This document shows positions 44,717 to 55,586 of a DNA stretch of 64,000 nt, piece by piece (within the stretch, counting starts at the first letter, position 1; each line of letters opens with the position of its first letter). The notes beneath the pieces are model-generated. The model was not told the origin of the DNA. It did not search any database and saw only the letters and a program-made list of their open reading frames with translations. A program made the position numbers and the translations under genes. This DNA is from Clostridia bacterium (GTDB taxonomy: Bacteria; Bacillota; Clostridia; TANB77; CAG-508): assembly GCA_022792395.1 (NCBI GenBank), contig JAAWAX010000034.1:7105-71104 (forward strand), read 5' to 3'.

Positions 44717-45976
44717 ATGATAATAGAACAAGTATTATTTACTGTCATTTCACTTACCATATTTGTATATATGTTCTTTCGCATGATACGAAATGATGAT
44801 ACAACTTATGTAGTGGTATTAGTATCAGAATTTGTTGGAATTGCACTTAATTTTGCAGAAGTATTATTTAGGGTAAAATTAAATATTGTATTTGTTATGT
44901 TAAAATACATATTATCAATTATACTTCCCATTAGCATTATCATTTTAGAAAAGAAAAACATTACATTATTTGAAATGGTACATATTCAAAAAGCAAAATT
45001 ATATTTATTTTTAGGTCATAAGAAGAAAGCAAAGCAAGAATTGATTGATTTATTAGAAAAAAATCCAAAATCTTATAAAGCTCATAGAATGTTAGCAGAA
45101 ATCTATGAACGAGAAGGTGGCATGAGAAAAGCAATTGATGAATATGTACAAGCAATTGATTTAAATAAGAAAGATTATGATTCTTATTATAAAGTAGCGA
45201 AATTATTAACGAACCTAAATAAAAAAGAAGAAGCAGAAGAAATGCTAGTTAATTTGCTAAATAAGAAACCAGAAATGGAGAAAGCAACTGAACTATTGGG
45301 AGAAATTTTAATCGAAAAAGAAAGATATAAAGAAGCAGCTAATATATATCAAAATGCATTAAGGTATAATCCTATTAGTTACGAATTGAATTATAATTTA
45401 GGAATTGTATATACGATGTTGAATGATTTTCAAAATGCTAAAATTTGTTATGAAAAGGCAGCAGAGATTAACTCATTATTATATAATGCTAAATATTCAT
45501 TAGCAGAGATAGCATTGATTTATAAAGATTTAGAAGAGGCAGAAAAGAGATTTTTAGAAGCGATTGAAGAAGAAGAACTATCAGCAGATGGCTATTATGA
45601 ATTAGCAAAAATCTATTTAATTAAGGGAGAAAAAAATACGGCTATTAAATATATCAATACAGCAATTGATAGTAATGCCAAGAAAATTGTAGAAAAAGTT
45701 AAAAAAGATCCTATTTTTATACCAATTATGGCTAAAATTTCGATACCCTTTAATTTAGAAGAAACAGAAGAAACAGAACAAAAAGAAAAACATAAATTAC
45801 GAAAAAAAGAAATAAAAGCCAAAGAGCATTTAGAAGAAATGAGTGAAATAACAAGAAATTTAGGTTATAATGATATTAAAATGTTAAGAAAAAATTCTTC
45901 TGGTAGAAAAAGAGAAATCATGGGAAAAGAGAAGCAAAGATTAGAAGAAGATAGGCAAATAGAAAGACAAGATTAA
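44717..45976 (+). CDS. Membrane-anchored tetratricopeptide repeat protein
   Basis: Three N-terminal TMs followed by multiple TPR-like repeats. Confidence 0.8.
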   Translation: MIIEQVLFTVISLTIFVYMFFRMIRNDDTTYVVVLVSEFVGIALNFAEVLFRVKLNIVFVMLKYILSIILPISIIILEKKNITLFEMVHIQKAKLYLFLGHKKKAKQELIDLLEKNPKSYKAHRMLAEIYEREGGMRKAIDEYVQAIDLNKKDYDSYYKVAKLLTNLNKKEEAEEMLVNLLNKKPEMEKATELLGEILIEKERYKEAANIYQNALRYNPISYELNYNLGIVYTMLNDFQNAKICYEKAAEINSLLYNAKYSLAEIALIYKDLEEAEKRFLEAIEEEELSADGYYELAKIYLIKGEKNTAIKYINTAIDSNAKKIVEKVKKDPIFIPIMAKISIPFNLEETEETEQKEKHKLRKKEIKAKEHLEEMSEITRNLGYNDIKMLRKNSSGRKREIMGKEKQRLEEDRQIERQD

Positions 45977-46091
45977 TAGATAGGAAATTTCTTTGAACTT
46001 TCTGCAATATAAAAGTAAATAAAAAGTATTTTGTAAGGAAACTCATAAAATTCTCAAATTGAAATATACTAAATAAAAAAGGGAGGATTTT

Positions 46092-46970
46092 ATGAGTATG
46101 AATTTTGCAGTAATTGGTGGCGACTTGCGAATTATAAAGTTAGCAAAAATGCTAGCAGAAGAAGGAAATGCGGTATATACTTATGGATTAGAAAAAGCAG
46201 AAGAATTAAAAACTACCAAAAATATTATTTTTTGTGAAAAATTAAATAGAGCAATTGAAGACACCGAAGTTGTAATAGGGCCAATTCCGTTTTCAAGTAA
46301 TGGAGAAGATATTAACAGTCCATTTAGTGAAAATACGATATCCATTCGAGAATTAATGTATAGTATCAATGCTAAAATATTGATAGCAGGAAGTATTACT
46401 CCTGAAATATATGATTTGGCTAATGATGAATATATTGAAATTATCGATATTATGAAAAGAGAAGAATTAGCTGTGCTAAATACAATTTCAACGGCAGAAG
46501 GTGCAATAGAAATTGCGATTAGCAATACCAACAAAATTATCCATGGAAGTCAAGTTCTTATTTTAGGATTTGGAAGAATTGGAAAGGTGTTGGCTAGAAA
46601 AATGGCAGGACTTTCTGCTAAAATTACATGTGCAGCTAGAAAAGATGAAGATTTAGCTTGGATTAAGGCTTATGGTCATAAAGCTACCAATATTAATACT
46701 TTAGGAAGTAACTTATCACAATATGATATTATTATTAATACAGTACCACATTTGATACTAACACCAGAAAGATTACAGTATGTTAATCAAGAATGCTTAT
46801 TAATTGATTTAGCTTCTAATCCAGGAGGAATTGACAAAAAAACGGTGAAAGAAAGAGAATTAAAATTGGTTTGGGCATTGGCTTTACCAGGTAAAGTAGC
46901 ACCAGTTACAACCGCAGAATTTATCAAAGATACGATTCATAATATTTTAAAAGAAGTATATAAAAAGTAA
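46092..46970 (+). CDS. spoVFA: Dipicolinate synthase subunit A
   Basis: AVIGGDLR, TAEGAI, LGFGRIG, IDLASNPGG, LPGKVAP. Confidence 0.92.
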   Translation: MSMNFAVIGGDLRIIKLAKMLAEEGNAVYTYGLEKAEELKTTKNIIFCEKLNRAIEDTEVVIGPIPFSSNGEDINSPFSENTISIRELMYSINAKILIAGSITPEIYDLANDEYIEIIDIMKREELAVLNTISTAEGAIEIAISNTNKIIHGSQVLILGFGRIGKVLARKMAGLSAKITCAARKDEDLAWIKAYGHKATNINTLGSNLSQYDIIINTVPHLILTPERLQYVNQECLLIDLASNPGGIDKKTVKERELKLVWALALPGKVAPVTTAEFIKDTIHNILKEVYKK

Positions 46971-47062
46971 TTAATTTGATATGCGATGACTTTTAATATA
47001 TAAAACAAATTAAAGTATGGGGGATTAAATCATAAAGATAACATAAAAAGGAGTAGAAGAAA

Positions 47063-47923
47063 ATGTTACTAGAAATTTTAAAAGCTGTTCTATTTGGGGT
47101 GATAGAAGGAATAACTGAATGGTTACCCATTAGTAGTACAGGACATTTAATATTAGTAGAACAATTTGTAAAACTAGAAAAAGTATCTCCAGAATTTTGG
47201 AGTATGTTTCAAGTAGTAATACAATTGGGAGCAATTTTAGCAGTTGTATTATTATACTGGAATAAAATATGGCCAATTACTAGAAATAAGAAAGAAGCGA
47301 TACAACCAAAAGGAATTGGTTCGTATTTTAATAAAAATATTATGATTTTATGGATAAAAATTTTAGTGGCATGTATACCAGCAGCAGTAATAGGATTATT
47401 TTTTGATGAAATATTTGAGGCTTTATTTTATAATCCATTCTGCATCGCTCTTGCCTTGATTCTATTTGGCATTGCCTTTATCGTAGTAGAAAATTGGAAT
47501 CAGAAAAAGGAAAATAAAAAAACAAAAGAGAGAAATTCTCAAATTACATATAAAGATGCAATTATTATTGGGATTTTTCAATTGATAGCTGCCATATTTC
47601 CAGGAACATCACGTTCAGGAGCAACCATTATAGGAGGATTATTAATTGGATTATCAAGACCAAATGCGGCAGAATTTACTTTCTATTTGGCAATTCCAAC
47701 CATGTTAGGAGCCAGTTTATTAAAATTAGTTAAGTTTGGATTTGGCTTTACAAGTGCAGAACTTATTATTTTGTTAGTAGGTATGATAGTTTCTTTCCTA
47801 GTTTCTGTATTAGTGATTAAGTTCTTGATGAATTACATAAAAAAACATGACTTTAAACCATTTGGCTATTATCGAATTGTTTTAGGAATTGCTGTGTTAT
47901 TTTATTTTTGTTTAGTAAGATAG
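47063..47923 (+). CDS. uppP: Undecaprenyl-diphosphate phosphatase
   Basis: EGITEWLPISSTGH, PGTSRSGATI. Confidence 0.95.
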   Translation: MLLEILKAVLFGVIEGITEWLPISSTGHLILVEQFVKLEKVSPEFWSMFQVVIQLGAILAVVLLYWNKIWPITRNKKEAIQPKGIGSYFNKNIMILWIKILVACIPAAVIGLFFDEIFEALFYNPFCIALALILFGIAFIVVENWNQKKENKKTKERNSQITYKDAIIIGIFQLIAAIFPGTSRSGATIIGGLLIGLSRPNAAEFTFYLAIPTMLGASLLKLVKFGFGFTSAELIILLVGMIVSFLVSVLVIKFLMNYIKKHDFKPFGYYRIVLGIAVLFYFCLVR

Positions 47924-47953
47924 AGATAAAAAACTTAAATTAAAAACGAATTT

Positions 47954-48083
47954 AAAAATTTCTAAGCGATGGCAATCGCAAAGAAATTTTAGAAATTCCC
48001 ATATTTATCTTGTATGGAAAGTCCTCCTACTAGAAGAACTTTCCTACAATATAAAAAAGAATACTTGAAAAGTATTCTTTTTT
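47954..48083. terminator. Three consecutive hairpins between uppP and pgk (last is terminator-like)
   Basis: AAAATTTCT..AGAAATTTT; TTGTATGGAAAG..CTTTCCTACAA; AAAAAAGAATAC..GTATTCTTTTTT. Confidence 0.45.
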
Positions 48084-48268
48084 GGTATAAAATGGTATCA
48101 TCTAAAGAAAAAAGGAAATAATATAAAAAGAAATGTTACTATTTAGGATAATTAAGTGTGAAAAAATAAATAAAATATTTTCACACAAGGTTTACGACAA
48201 ACACATAAAAAATTGATAAATTTAGGATAAGATAGACTCTAAATAGCAACAAAAAGGAGGAAGAAAAA

Positions 48269-49453
48269 ATGAATAAGAAAACAGTAAAAGACATGGATTT
48301 AAAAGGAAAGAAGGTATTAGTTCGTTGTGACTTTAATGTACCAATGGATGAAAATCAAAAAATAACAGACAACACAAGAATCGTAGCGGCATTACCAACC
48401 ATACAATATTTGTTAGAAAATGATTGTGCTATTATTTTGTGTTCTCATTTAGGAAGACCAAAAGGAGAATTTAAGTCAGAATATTCCTTAAAACCAGTAG
48501 CGGAAGAACTAGCAAAACTATTAGGAAAAGAAGTAATTATGGCAAAAGATGTAATAGGCGAAGATGCTAAATCCAAGGCTTCTAACTTAAAAAATGGTCA
48601 AATCATGTTAATAGAAAATGTAAGATTTCATAAAGAGGAAACAGAAAATGACCAAGAGTTTGCCAAAGAATTAGCTAAAATGGCAGAAATCTATGTAAAT
48701 GATGCTTTTGGAGCAGCTCATAGAGCCCATAGTTCAACTGCTGGAGTAGCAGAATTTTTACCAGCTGTATCAGGATTTTTAATTGAAAAGGAATTAAAAT
48801 TCCTAGGAAAAGCAATATCAAATCCAGAAAGACCTTTTGTAGCTATTTTAGGAGGTGCAAAAGTTTCTGATAAAATAGGTGTAATAGATAGCTTATTAGA
48901 AAAAGTAGATACCTTAATAATTGGTGGAGGAATGGCATATACATTCTTTAAAGCACAAGGATATGAAGTAGGAAATTCTATCTGTGAATTGGATAAATTA
49001 GAATTAGCAACTAATTTAATGAAAAAAGCAGAAGAAAAAGGTGTTAAATTGATTCTTCCTATGGATACCAAAATCGGAAAAGAATATAAAGCAGATACGG
49101 AAAGCAAAACCGTAAAATATAATGAAATTCCAGAGGGATGGGAAGGTTTTGATATCGGAGAAGAAAGCATAAAGTTATTTATAGAAGAATTAAAAAAGGC
49201 AAAGACAGTAGTATGGAATGGACCTCTAGGATTGTTTGAATTTGACCAATTTGCTATCGGAACCAATGAAATAGCAAAAGCATTGGCTAAAATGGATTGT
49301 ACAACGATTATTGGAGGAGGAGATTCTGCTGCGGCAGTAAAAAAAGCAGGTTTAGAAGATAAAATGACACATATTTCAACAGGAGGAGGAGCATCATTAG
49401 AGTTTTTAGAGGGTAAGGCTTTGCCAGGAATTGAATGCCTTCTAAACAAATGA
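48269..49453 (+). CDS. pgk: Phosphoglycerate kinase
   Basis: [35 protein letters not shown]. Confidence 0.97.
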   Translation: MNKKTVKDMDLKGKKVLVRCDFNVPMDENQKITDNTRIVAALPTIQYLLENDCAIILCSHLGRPKGEFKSEYSLKPVAEELAKLLGKEVIMAKDVIGEDAKSKASNLKNGQIMLIENVRFHKEETENDQEFAKELAKMAEIYVNDAFGAAHRAHSSTAGVAEFLPAVSGFLIEKELKFLGKAISNPERPFVAILGGAKVSDKIGVIDSLLEKVDTLIIGGGMAYTFFKAQGYEVGNSICELDKLELATNLMKKAEEKGVKLILPMDTKIGKEYKADTESKTVKYNEIPEGWEGFDIGEESIKLFIEELKKAKTVVWNGPLGLFEFDQFAIGTNEIAKALAKMDCTTIIGGGDSAAAVKKAGLEDKMTHISTGGGASLEFLEGKALPGIECLLNK

Positions 49454-49562
49454 AAAAAGGATTACAAATGAATTTAAATTTATTTGTATACTGATACTGT
49501 AACAGATAAATCTTAACAGTATTAGCAAAAAACACAGAAAAAATAAAAAAGGATGTAAAAAT

Positions 49563-50207
49563 GTGAACCAATTCAAAGAAGCAATGAAAGTAAATAAAAA
49601 CAAATGGAGTTTTTATAAGACTTATGAAAAAAGAAAAGATGGTAGAAAAATTTATAAAGGAAGTATTGTACCAGAGGGAGAATTATATACAGATTATTCT
49701 TTAGCTACGGTTTCTTGCTTTGTATTAAATAAAAAAGGGGAGATTTTAGTAGAAGAAAGAGCAGCTGATAAAAAAATTATGCCAGGAATATTAGATATTG
49801 TTTCTGGTCATATCGATGGTAATGAGACCCCAACACAAGCCATGATTCGAGAATATGTAGAAGAAATTCATAAGGGAAGTCAAGAAGAACAAGAAAAAGC
49901 AAGAAATGAAGCCATTCATAACTTAAAGAAACTAGATGAACTGCATTTAATTTGTAATGAAAAAGGATATTATGTTCAATTTTATATGTTATTAACAAAA
50001 CTAAAAACAATTACGAAACAATCAGAAGAAATAAAAAATGTAAAATGGATACCAATGGAAGATTTATTTGAAATGATACGACAAGGGAAAACAGGTATCG
50101 TATATGATAAAAGACTGGAAATTGTTTTTAGGCAAGTAAGAGAAGGCTATCAAGAATTAGTAAAAGGAAAATGGGAAAGTAATGGAATTGTTAGATGTTC
50201 TAGATGA
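49563..50207 (+). CDS. NUDIX hydrolase
   Basis: SGHIDGNETPTQAMIREYVEE Nudix box; QSEEIKNVKW. Confidence 0.82.
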   Translation: MNQFKEAMKVNKNKWSFYKTYEKRKDGRKIYKGSIVPEGELYTDYSLATVSCFVLNKKGEILVEERAADKKIMPGILDIVSGHIDGNETPTQAMIREYVEEIHKGSQEEQEKARNEAIHNLKKLDELHLICNEKGYYVQFYMLLTKLKTITKQSEEIKNVKWIPMEDLFEMIRQGKTGIVYDKRLEIVFRQVREGYQELVKGKWESNGIVRCSR

Positions 50208-50267
50208 AGATGGAAATGTAACAAGTTATTAATTTATTAAAAATATAAATAAAGAAGGAGAGATATT

Positions 50268-51017
50268 ATGAGAAAAAAAGTAATTGCAGGAAATTGGAAA
50301 ATGAATATGCTTCCCAATGAAGCCATTCAATTTATAGAAGAACTAGCACCAATGGTAAAAGACACCCAAAACGAAGTAGTTTTATGTGTGCCATATACAG
50401 ACTTATTTTATGCTCTATTAACAGCACAAAATACGAACATAAAAATTGGAGCACAAAATATGCATTTTGAAGAAAGTGGAGCATATACAGGAGAAGTATC
50501 AGGAAAAATGTTAAAAGCCATCAATGCCCAATATGTTATTATAGGGCATTCAGAAAGAAGACAATACTTTAACGAGACAGATGAAACGGTAAATAAGAAA
50601 ATCAAATCAGCCTTTGAATATGGGTTAAAGCCAATTGTATGTGTAGGAGAAACTTTAGACCAAAGAGAAGCTGGAGAAACCGAAGAAGTGATTACAAAAC
50701 AAACTAAATTAGCATTAGAAGGATTAACCGAAAAACAAGTAGAAAATACAATCATAGCTTATGAACCAATTTGGGCAATAGGAACAGGGAAAACAGCAAC
50801 AAAAGAAGATGCTAATAATAGTATTAAAGCAATCAGAAATAAAATTGCGGAAATCTATGGACAAACGGTAGCTAATAGAGTTATAATACAATACGGTGGA
50901 AGTGTAAAAAGCACAAATGCGAAAGAATTATTTGAAATGTCTGATATAGATGGAGGACTAGTAGGAGGAGCCAGTCTAAAGGCAGATGAATTCAGCAAAA
51001 TAGTGAATTTTGAATAG
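50268..51017 (+). CDS. tpiA: Triosephosphate isomerase
   Basis: AGNWKMN, GHSERR, AYEPIWAIGTG, GLVGGASL. Confidence 0.97.
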   Translation: MRKKVIAGNWKMNMLPNEAIQFIEELAPMVKDTQNEVVLCVPYTDLFYALLTAQNTNIKIGAQNMHFEESGAYTGEVSGKMLKAINAQYVIIGHSERRQYFNETDETVNKKIKSAFEYGLKPIVCVGETLDQREAGETEEVITKQTKLALEGLTEKQVENTIIAYEPIWAIGTGKTATKEDANNSIKAIRNKIAEIYGQTVANRVIIQYGGSVKSTNAKELFEMSDIDGGLVGGASLKADEFSKIVNFE

Positions 51018-51062
51018 AATCGTTATATGCTTTAAGTGGAATTAAAAGAAAAGGTGGTAAAT

Positions 51063-52604
51063 ATGAAAGATAAATTAACAATGCTAATGATATTAGATGG
51101 ATTTGGAGATAATCCAAATGATGATGGAAACGCAATCAAGTTAGCCCAAACACCTAATATAGACAAACTAATGAAAAAATATGTTAATACAGAAATTCAT
51201 ACAAGTGGTTTAGCCGTAGGATTACCAGAAGGACAAATGGGAAATTCAGAAGTAGGACACACGAATATTGGAGCAGGAAGAATTGTATATCAAGAATTAA
51301 CTAGAATAACAAAATCAATTGAAGATGGTGATTTTTTTACCAATCCAGAATTTATAGCAGCCATTGAAAATTGTAAAAAATACAATTCTAAATTACACAT
51401 TTTAGGATTAGTATCAGATGGAGGAGTACATAGTCATAATCGTCATTTATATGGCTTATTAGAGATGGCAAAAAGAAGAGATTTTGAAAATGTATATGTA
51501 CACTGCTTTTTAGATGGAAGAGATACACCACCTGCATCAGCAGAAGGATATATTATGAAATTACAAGAAAAAATGGCAGAAAAAGAAATTGGAAAAATAG
51601 CTAGTATATCAGGAAGATTTTATGCCATGGATAGAGATAAAAGATGGGAAAGAGTTCAGAAATGTTATGATGCTTTAGTAAAAGGAGAAGGAAATAAAGC
51701 AGGAAATGCAGTAAAAGCAATTGAAGATTCTTATCAAAAAGAAGTCTTTGATGAATTTGTAGAACCAACTTTAATTTGTAATGGAGAAGAACCAATTGCG
51801 ACTATTGGAAAGCATGATTCCGTAATTTTCTTTAATTTTAGACCAGATAGAGCAAGAGAAATTACAAGAGCTTTAGTAGATTCAAACTTTGATGGATTTG
51901 AAACGAAAAAAGATTTAGATTTATATTATGTATGTTTTACAAACTATGATGAATCAATGCCAAACGTACAAGTAGCTTTCAAAAAAGAACCATTGTATAA
52001 CACCTTTGGAGAATATGTAAGTAAAAATGGGTATACACAACTACGTATAGCAGAAACAGAAAAATATGCTCATGTAACATTTTTCTTTAATGGAGGAGAA
52101 GAAAAACAATATGAAGGGGAAGACAGAATATTAGTACCATCGCCAAAAGTAGAAACTTATGACCAAAAGCCTGAAATGAGTGCTTATGAAGTAACGGAAA
52201 AAGTATTAGAAGCGATTAGAAATGATAAATATGATTGTATCATACTAAACTATGCAAATACCGATATGGTAGGACATACAGGAAGTTTAGAGGCAGCTAA
52301 AAAAGCAGTAGAAGCAGTTGATGAATGTGTAGGAAAAGTAGTTGAATTGGTAGAAGAGAAGCAAGGAAACTTAATAATTACGGCTGATCATGGAAATGCA
52401 GAGCAAATGATAGATTATGCCACAGGAGAACCTCATACGGCTCATACCACAAATCCAGTACCATTAATCCTAATAACTGCTGATGAAACTTTAAAGTTAA
52501 AAGCAGGGGGGAAATTAGCGGATTTAGCACCAACTATGCTTGATTTAATGAAACTTGAAAAGCCAAAAGAAATGACTGGAGAGAGTTTATTAGATAAGGA
52601 ATAA
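51063..52604 (+). CDS. gpmI: 2,3-bisphosphoglycerate-independent phosphoglycerate mutase
   Basis: [31 protein letters not shown]. Confidence 0.97.
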   Translation: MKDKLTMLMILDGFGDNPNDDGNAIKLAQTPNIDKLMKKYVNTEIHTSGLAVGLPEGQMGNSEVGHTNIGAGRIVYQELTRITKSIEDGDFFTNPEFIAAIENCKKYNSKLHILGLVSDGGVHSHNRHLYGLLEMAKRRDFENVYVHCFLDGRDTPPASAEGYIMKLQEKMAEKEIGKIASISGRFYAMDRDKRWERVQKCYDALVKGEGNKAGNAVKAIEDSYQKEVFDEFVEPTLICNGEEPIATIGKHDSVIFFNFRPDRAREITRALVDSNFDGFETKKDLDLYYVCFTNYDESMPNVQVAFKKEPLYNTFGEYVSKNGYTQLRIAETEKYAHVTFFFNGGEEKQYEGEDRILVPSPKVETYDQKPEMSAYEVTEKVLEAIRNDKYDCIILNYANTDMVGHTGSLEAAKKAVEAVDECVGKVVELVEEKQGNLIITADHGNAEQMIDYATGEPHTAHTTNPVPLILITADETLKLKAGGKLADLAPTMLDLMKLEKPKEMTGESLLDKE

Positions 52605-52611
52605 AAGGGAT

Positions 52612-53304
52612 ATGTTAAACCATACAAAGAAAATAAAAGAGATATATGAAGATATACAGAAAAAGTTATTCTATATGATACCAGAAAAATGGGATAAATT
52701 GTATCTATATAGTTCTGTTTTAGATGAACCAGATAAAGAGGGGAAGATGGGAGAATTATTTTTCTATTATATTCCAAAAGGTATCTTAAGAAAGAAAGCT
52801 ATTAATGTATACGAAATACCAGCAAAGTTTAATTTAGAGGAAGACCAATACCTAAATTTAGTAAGATTATTATATACTAAAATAAAGGAATTAAGAGAAG
52901 AATTTAGAAAATCAGAAAGAGGTCAAATATGGACCAATATAACCATATCCATACAAAGTTTAAAATTTAAAGTAATATATGATTATACAGATTTAAATGA
53001 GAGCGATTTTTCAAGTTATGAAAGGCATGTGATATGGCGATATGAAAATTTAGGTATTGGAGAAGAACAAGTAAGCAAAGAAGACAAGGAAATTATCAAT
53101 CGATATTTGTTAGGTGCTAAAACTTTAGAAAGAAGAGAGCATTATGATACAGGTATTTATATTCATGATATTGAAAATGTTGTTGCTTATAATAATGAAA
53201 ATGCCTCGATAAAAGAGGTGGAAGAAGTAGTGGAAACAAGTCAGAAAAAACATAAGAATCAACTCTTATTATCAAAAGAAGAAATTGAAAAGATGAGTAA
53301 ATAA
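52612..53304 (+). CDS. DUF600/YezG-like (immunity-type) protein
   Basis: MIPEKWDKLYLY, FFYY, ELREEF, WTNITI, YDY. Confidence 0.6.
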   Translation: MLNHTKKIKEIYEDIQKKLFYMIPEKWDKLYLYSSVLDEPDKEGKMGELFFYYIPKGILRKKAINVYEIPAKFNLEEDQYLNLVRLLYTKIKELREEFRKSERGQIWTNITISIQSLKFKVIYDYTDLNESDFSSYERHVIWRYENLGIGEEQVSKEDKEIINRYLLGAKTLERREHYDTGIYIHDIENVVAYNNENASIKEVEEVVETSQKKHKNQLLLSKEEIEKMSK

Positions 53305-53559
53305 TAATGTTATTAACTTTGTATACATTGAAGTGATTAGCTTAAAATGTTATAAAATTAAAATTAAAAAATAATTTCTCCAAACGCAATAAACAAGAGT
53401 CAAAAAAGAATATATTACTACGGTAACCAAACTTGATTTTAGTTAAAGACAGATGGTCGAAACTTAATTTTAAATTTTAATTTATAACATTAGAGATAAT
53501 TAATGGAATTGTGTATATAATTGATAAAATAAAATGGAGAAATGAAAGGAGCAATTAAA

Positions 53560-54252
53560 ATGATTTATTCAAAAGAATTAGAAGAAATGAGCTGTGTAGC
53601 AAAGGGAGTAAACCATGGACCTGCACCAATTCCAGAAGAAGGAAAATGGGTAAAAGCAAAAGAAATTAAGGATATTTCAGGATTGACACATGGTATTGGA
53701 TGGTGTGCACCACAACAAGGAGCATGTAAATTAACTTTAAATGTAAAAGAAGGAATCATTCAAGAAGCATTAATCGAAACAATAGGATGTTCTGGAATGA
53801 CACATTCAGCTGCTATGGCAGGAGAAATATTAACTGGAAAAACATTATTAGAAGCATTAAATACAGATTTAGTATGTGATGCTATCAATACTGCTATGAG
53901 AGAATTATTTTTACAAATTGTATATGGTAGAACACAAACAGCTTTCTCTGAAGGAGGACTTCCAGTAGGAGCAGGACTAGAAGATTTAGGAAAAGGACAT
54001 ACAAGCCAAGTGGGAACGATTTATTCAAGTAGCTTAAAAGGACCTAGATACTTGAATCTAGCAGAAGGATACATAGTAGAAATAGGATTAGATAAAGATG
54101 ACCAAATTATTGGTTATAAATATGTTCATTTAGGAAAAATGATGGATAACATCAAAGCTGGAATTGAACCAGCAGAAGCAATTGAAAAAGCTTCAGGAAC
54201 TTATGGAAGATTTGATGAGGCTGTTAAAAAGATTGACCCAAGAAAACAATAA
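53560..54252 (+). CDS. NifU/IscU-like N-terminal domain protein, partner of the GGGtGRT protein
   Basis: HGPAPIPEEGKW, GWCAPQQGACKL, GCSGMTHS, DLVCDA. Confidence 0.85.
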   Translation: MIYSKELEEMSCVAKGVNHGPAPIPEEGKWVKAKEIKDISGLTHGIGWCAPQQGACKLTLNVKEGIIQEALIETIGCSGMTHSAAMAGEILTGKTLLEALNTDLVCDAINTAMRELFLQIVYGRTQTAFSEGGLPVGAGLEDLGKGHTSQVGTIYSSSLKGPRYLNLAEGYIVEIGLDKDDQIIGYKYVHLGKMMDNIKAGIEPAEAIEKASGTYGRFDEAVKKIDPRKQ

Positions 54253-54375
54253 AAACGAATGAAAAGCGGCATCTTACGTTGTCAAACTTCATAAAAATTT
54301 TTTCGATGTACAAACGTACTATCACAAAAATTTTTATTTGTTTTCTTAGTAATATACCACTTTTGCTTCGTTTTT
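54251..54375. repeat. Nested inverted-repeat element between the NifU-like and GGGtGRT genes
   Basis: Outer AAAAACGAA..AAAAGCGG / CCACTTTT..TTCGTTTTT; inner ATAAAAATTTTT..GTAC-AAAC-GTAC..AAAAATTTTTAT. Confidence 0.6.
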
Positions 54376-54492
54376 AAATAGAGTTTGGAGAAGTAAGTTA
54401 TATAAAAATATATAGAAGAACTAGCAAATTTTATAAAGAAATTTGATAATAAGATATTGAAAAATGAATCTAAATAATAAGGAGGAATAAAA

Positions 54493-55494
54493 ATGGCAGT
54501 AACATTTGAAAGTTATGAAAGAAGAATCGACCAAATCAAACCAGTAATGGAGAAATACGGAATCAAAGATTTCGAAGATGCTTTAGAAATATGTAAAGAG
54601 AAAGGATTTAATCCTTATGAAATTGTAAAAGGAGTACAACCAATTTGTTTTGAAAATGCCGCATGGGCATATACTTTGGGAGCTGCAATTGCCGTAAAAA
54701 AAGGTGTTACCCGCGCAGCAGATGCAGCAAAAGCAATAGGGGAAGGATTACAAGCATTTTGTATTCCAGGATCTGTTGCCGATGATAGAAAAGTTGGATT
54801 AGGACATGGAAATTTAGCTTCTATGCTATTATCAGAAGATACCAAATGTTTTGCATTTTTAGCAGGACATGAATCTTTTGCAGCAGCAGAAGGAGCGATT
54901 GGAATTGCAAAATCAGCAAACAAAGTTAGAAAAGAACCATTAAGAGTTATCTTAAATGGACTTGGAAAAGATGCAGCACAAGTTATTTCAAGAATCAATG
55001 GATTTACTTATGTAAAAACAGACTTTGATTTCTTTACTGGAAAAGTAAAAGTAGTAGAAGAAATCGCTTATTCAGATGGAGAAAGAAGTAAAGTTAGATG
55101 TTATGGTGCAAATGATGTTAGAGAAGGAGTTGCTATCATGTGGATGGAAGATGTGGATGTATCTATCACAGGAAACTCAACGAACCCAACAAGATTCCAA
55201 CATCCAGTTGCAGGTACATACAAAAAAGAAAGATTAGCAGAAAACAGAAAATACTTTTCAGTTGCATCAGGTGGAGGAACAGGAAGAACACTTCATCCTG
55301 ATAATATGGCTGCAGGACCAGCTTCTTATGGAATGACAGATACTATGGGAAGAATGCATTCAGATGCACAATTTGCAGGTTCATCATCTGTACCAGCACA
55401 CGTAGAAATGATGGGATTAATTGGAATGGGAAATAACCCAATGGTTGGAGCATCAGTAGCAGTAGCTGTTGCAGTTGAAGAGGCTATGAAATAA
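54493..55494 (+). CDS. GGGtGRT protein
   Basis: SVASGGGTGRTLHPDN; FLAGHESFAAAEGAI. Confidence 0.92.
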   Translation: MAVTFESYERRIDQIKPVMEKYGIKDFEDALEICKEKGFNPYEIVKGVQPICFENAAWAYTLGAAIAVKKGVTRAADAAKAIGEGLQAFCIPGSVADDRKVGLGHGNLASMLLSEDTKCFAFLAGHESFAAAEGAIGIAKSANKVRKEPLRVILNGLGKDAAQVISRINGFTYVKTDFDFFTGKVKVVEEIAYSDGERSKVRCYGANDVREGVAIMWMEDVDVSITGNSTNPTRFQHPVAGTYKKERLAENRKYFSVASGGGTGRTLHPDNMAAGPASYGMTDTMGRMHSDAQFAGSSSVPAHVEMMGLIGMGNNPMVGASVAVAVAVEEAMK

Positions 55495-55508
55495 TTATGA
55501 TAAAATAG

Positions 55509-55551
55509 AAGAGATGGACAGATACCTAAATACGGTAATGTCCATCTTTTT
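55509..55551. terminator. Bidirectional terminator
   Basis: AAGAGATGGAC...GTCCATCTTTTT between convergent genes. Confidence 0.65.
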
Positions 55552-55586
55552 ATATTTGACTGATAGAATGAAATATATCAATTTTA

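Noticed and set aside
48718-49449. 243-aa antisense ORF in pgk and other short antisense/overlapping ORFs in the track
   Set aside because: Shadow frames of AT-rich coding genes with no motifs or RBS
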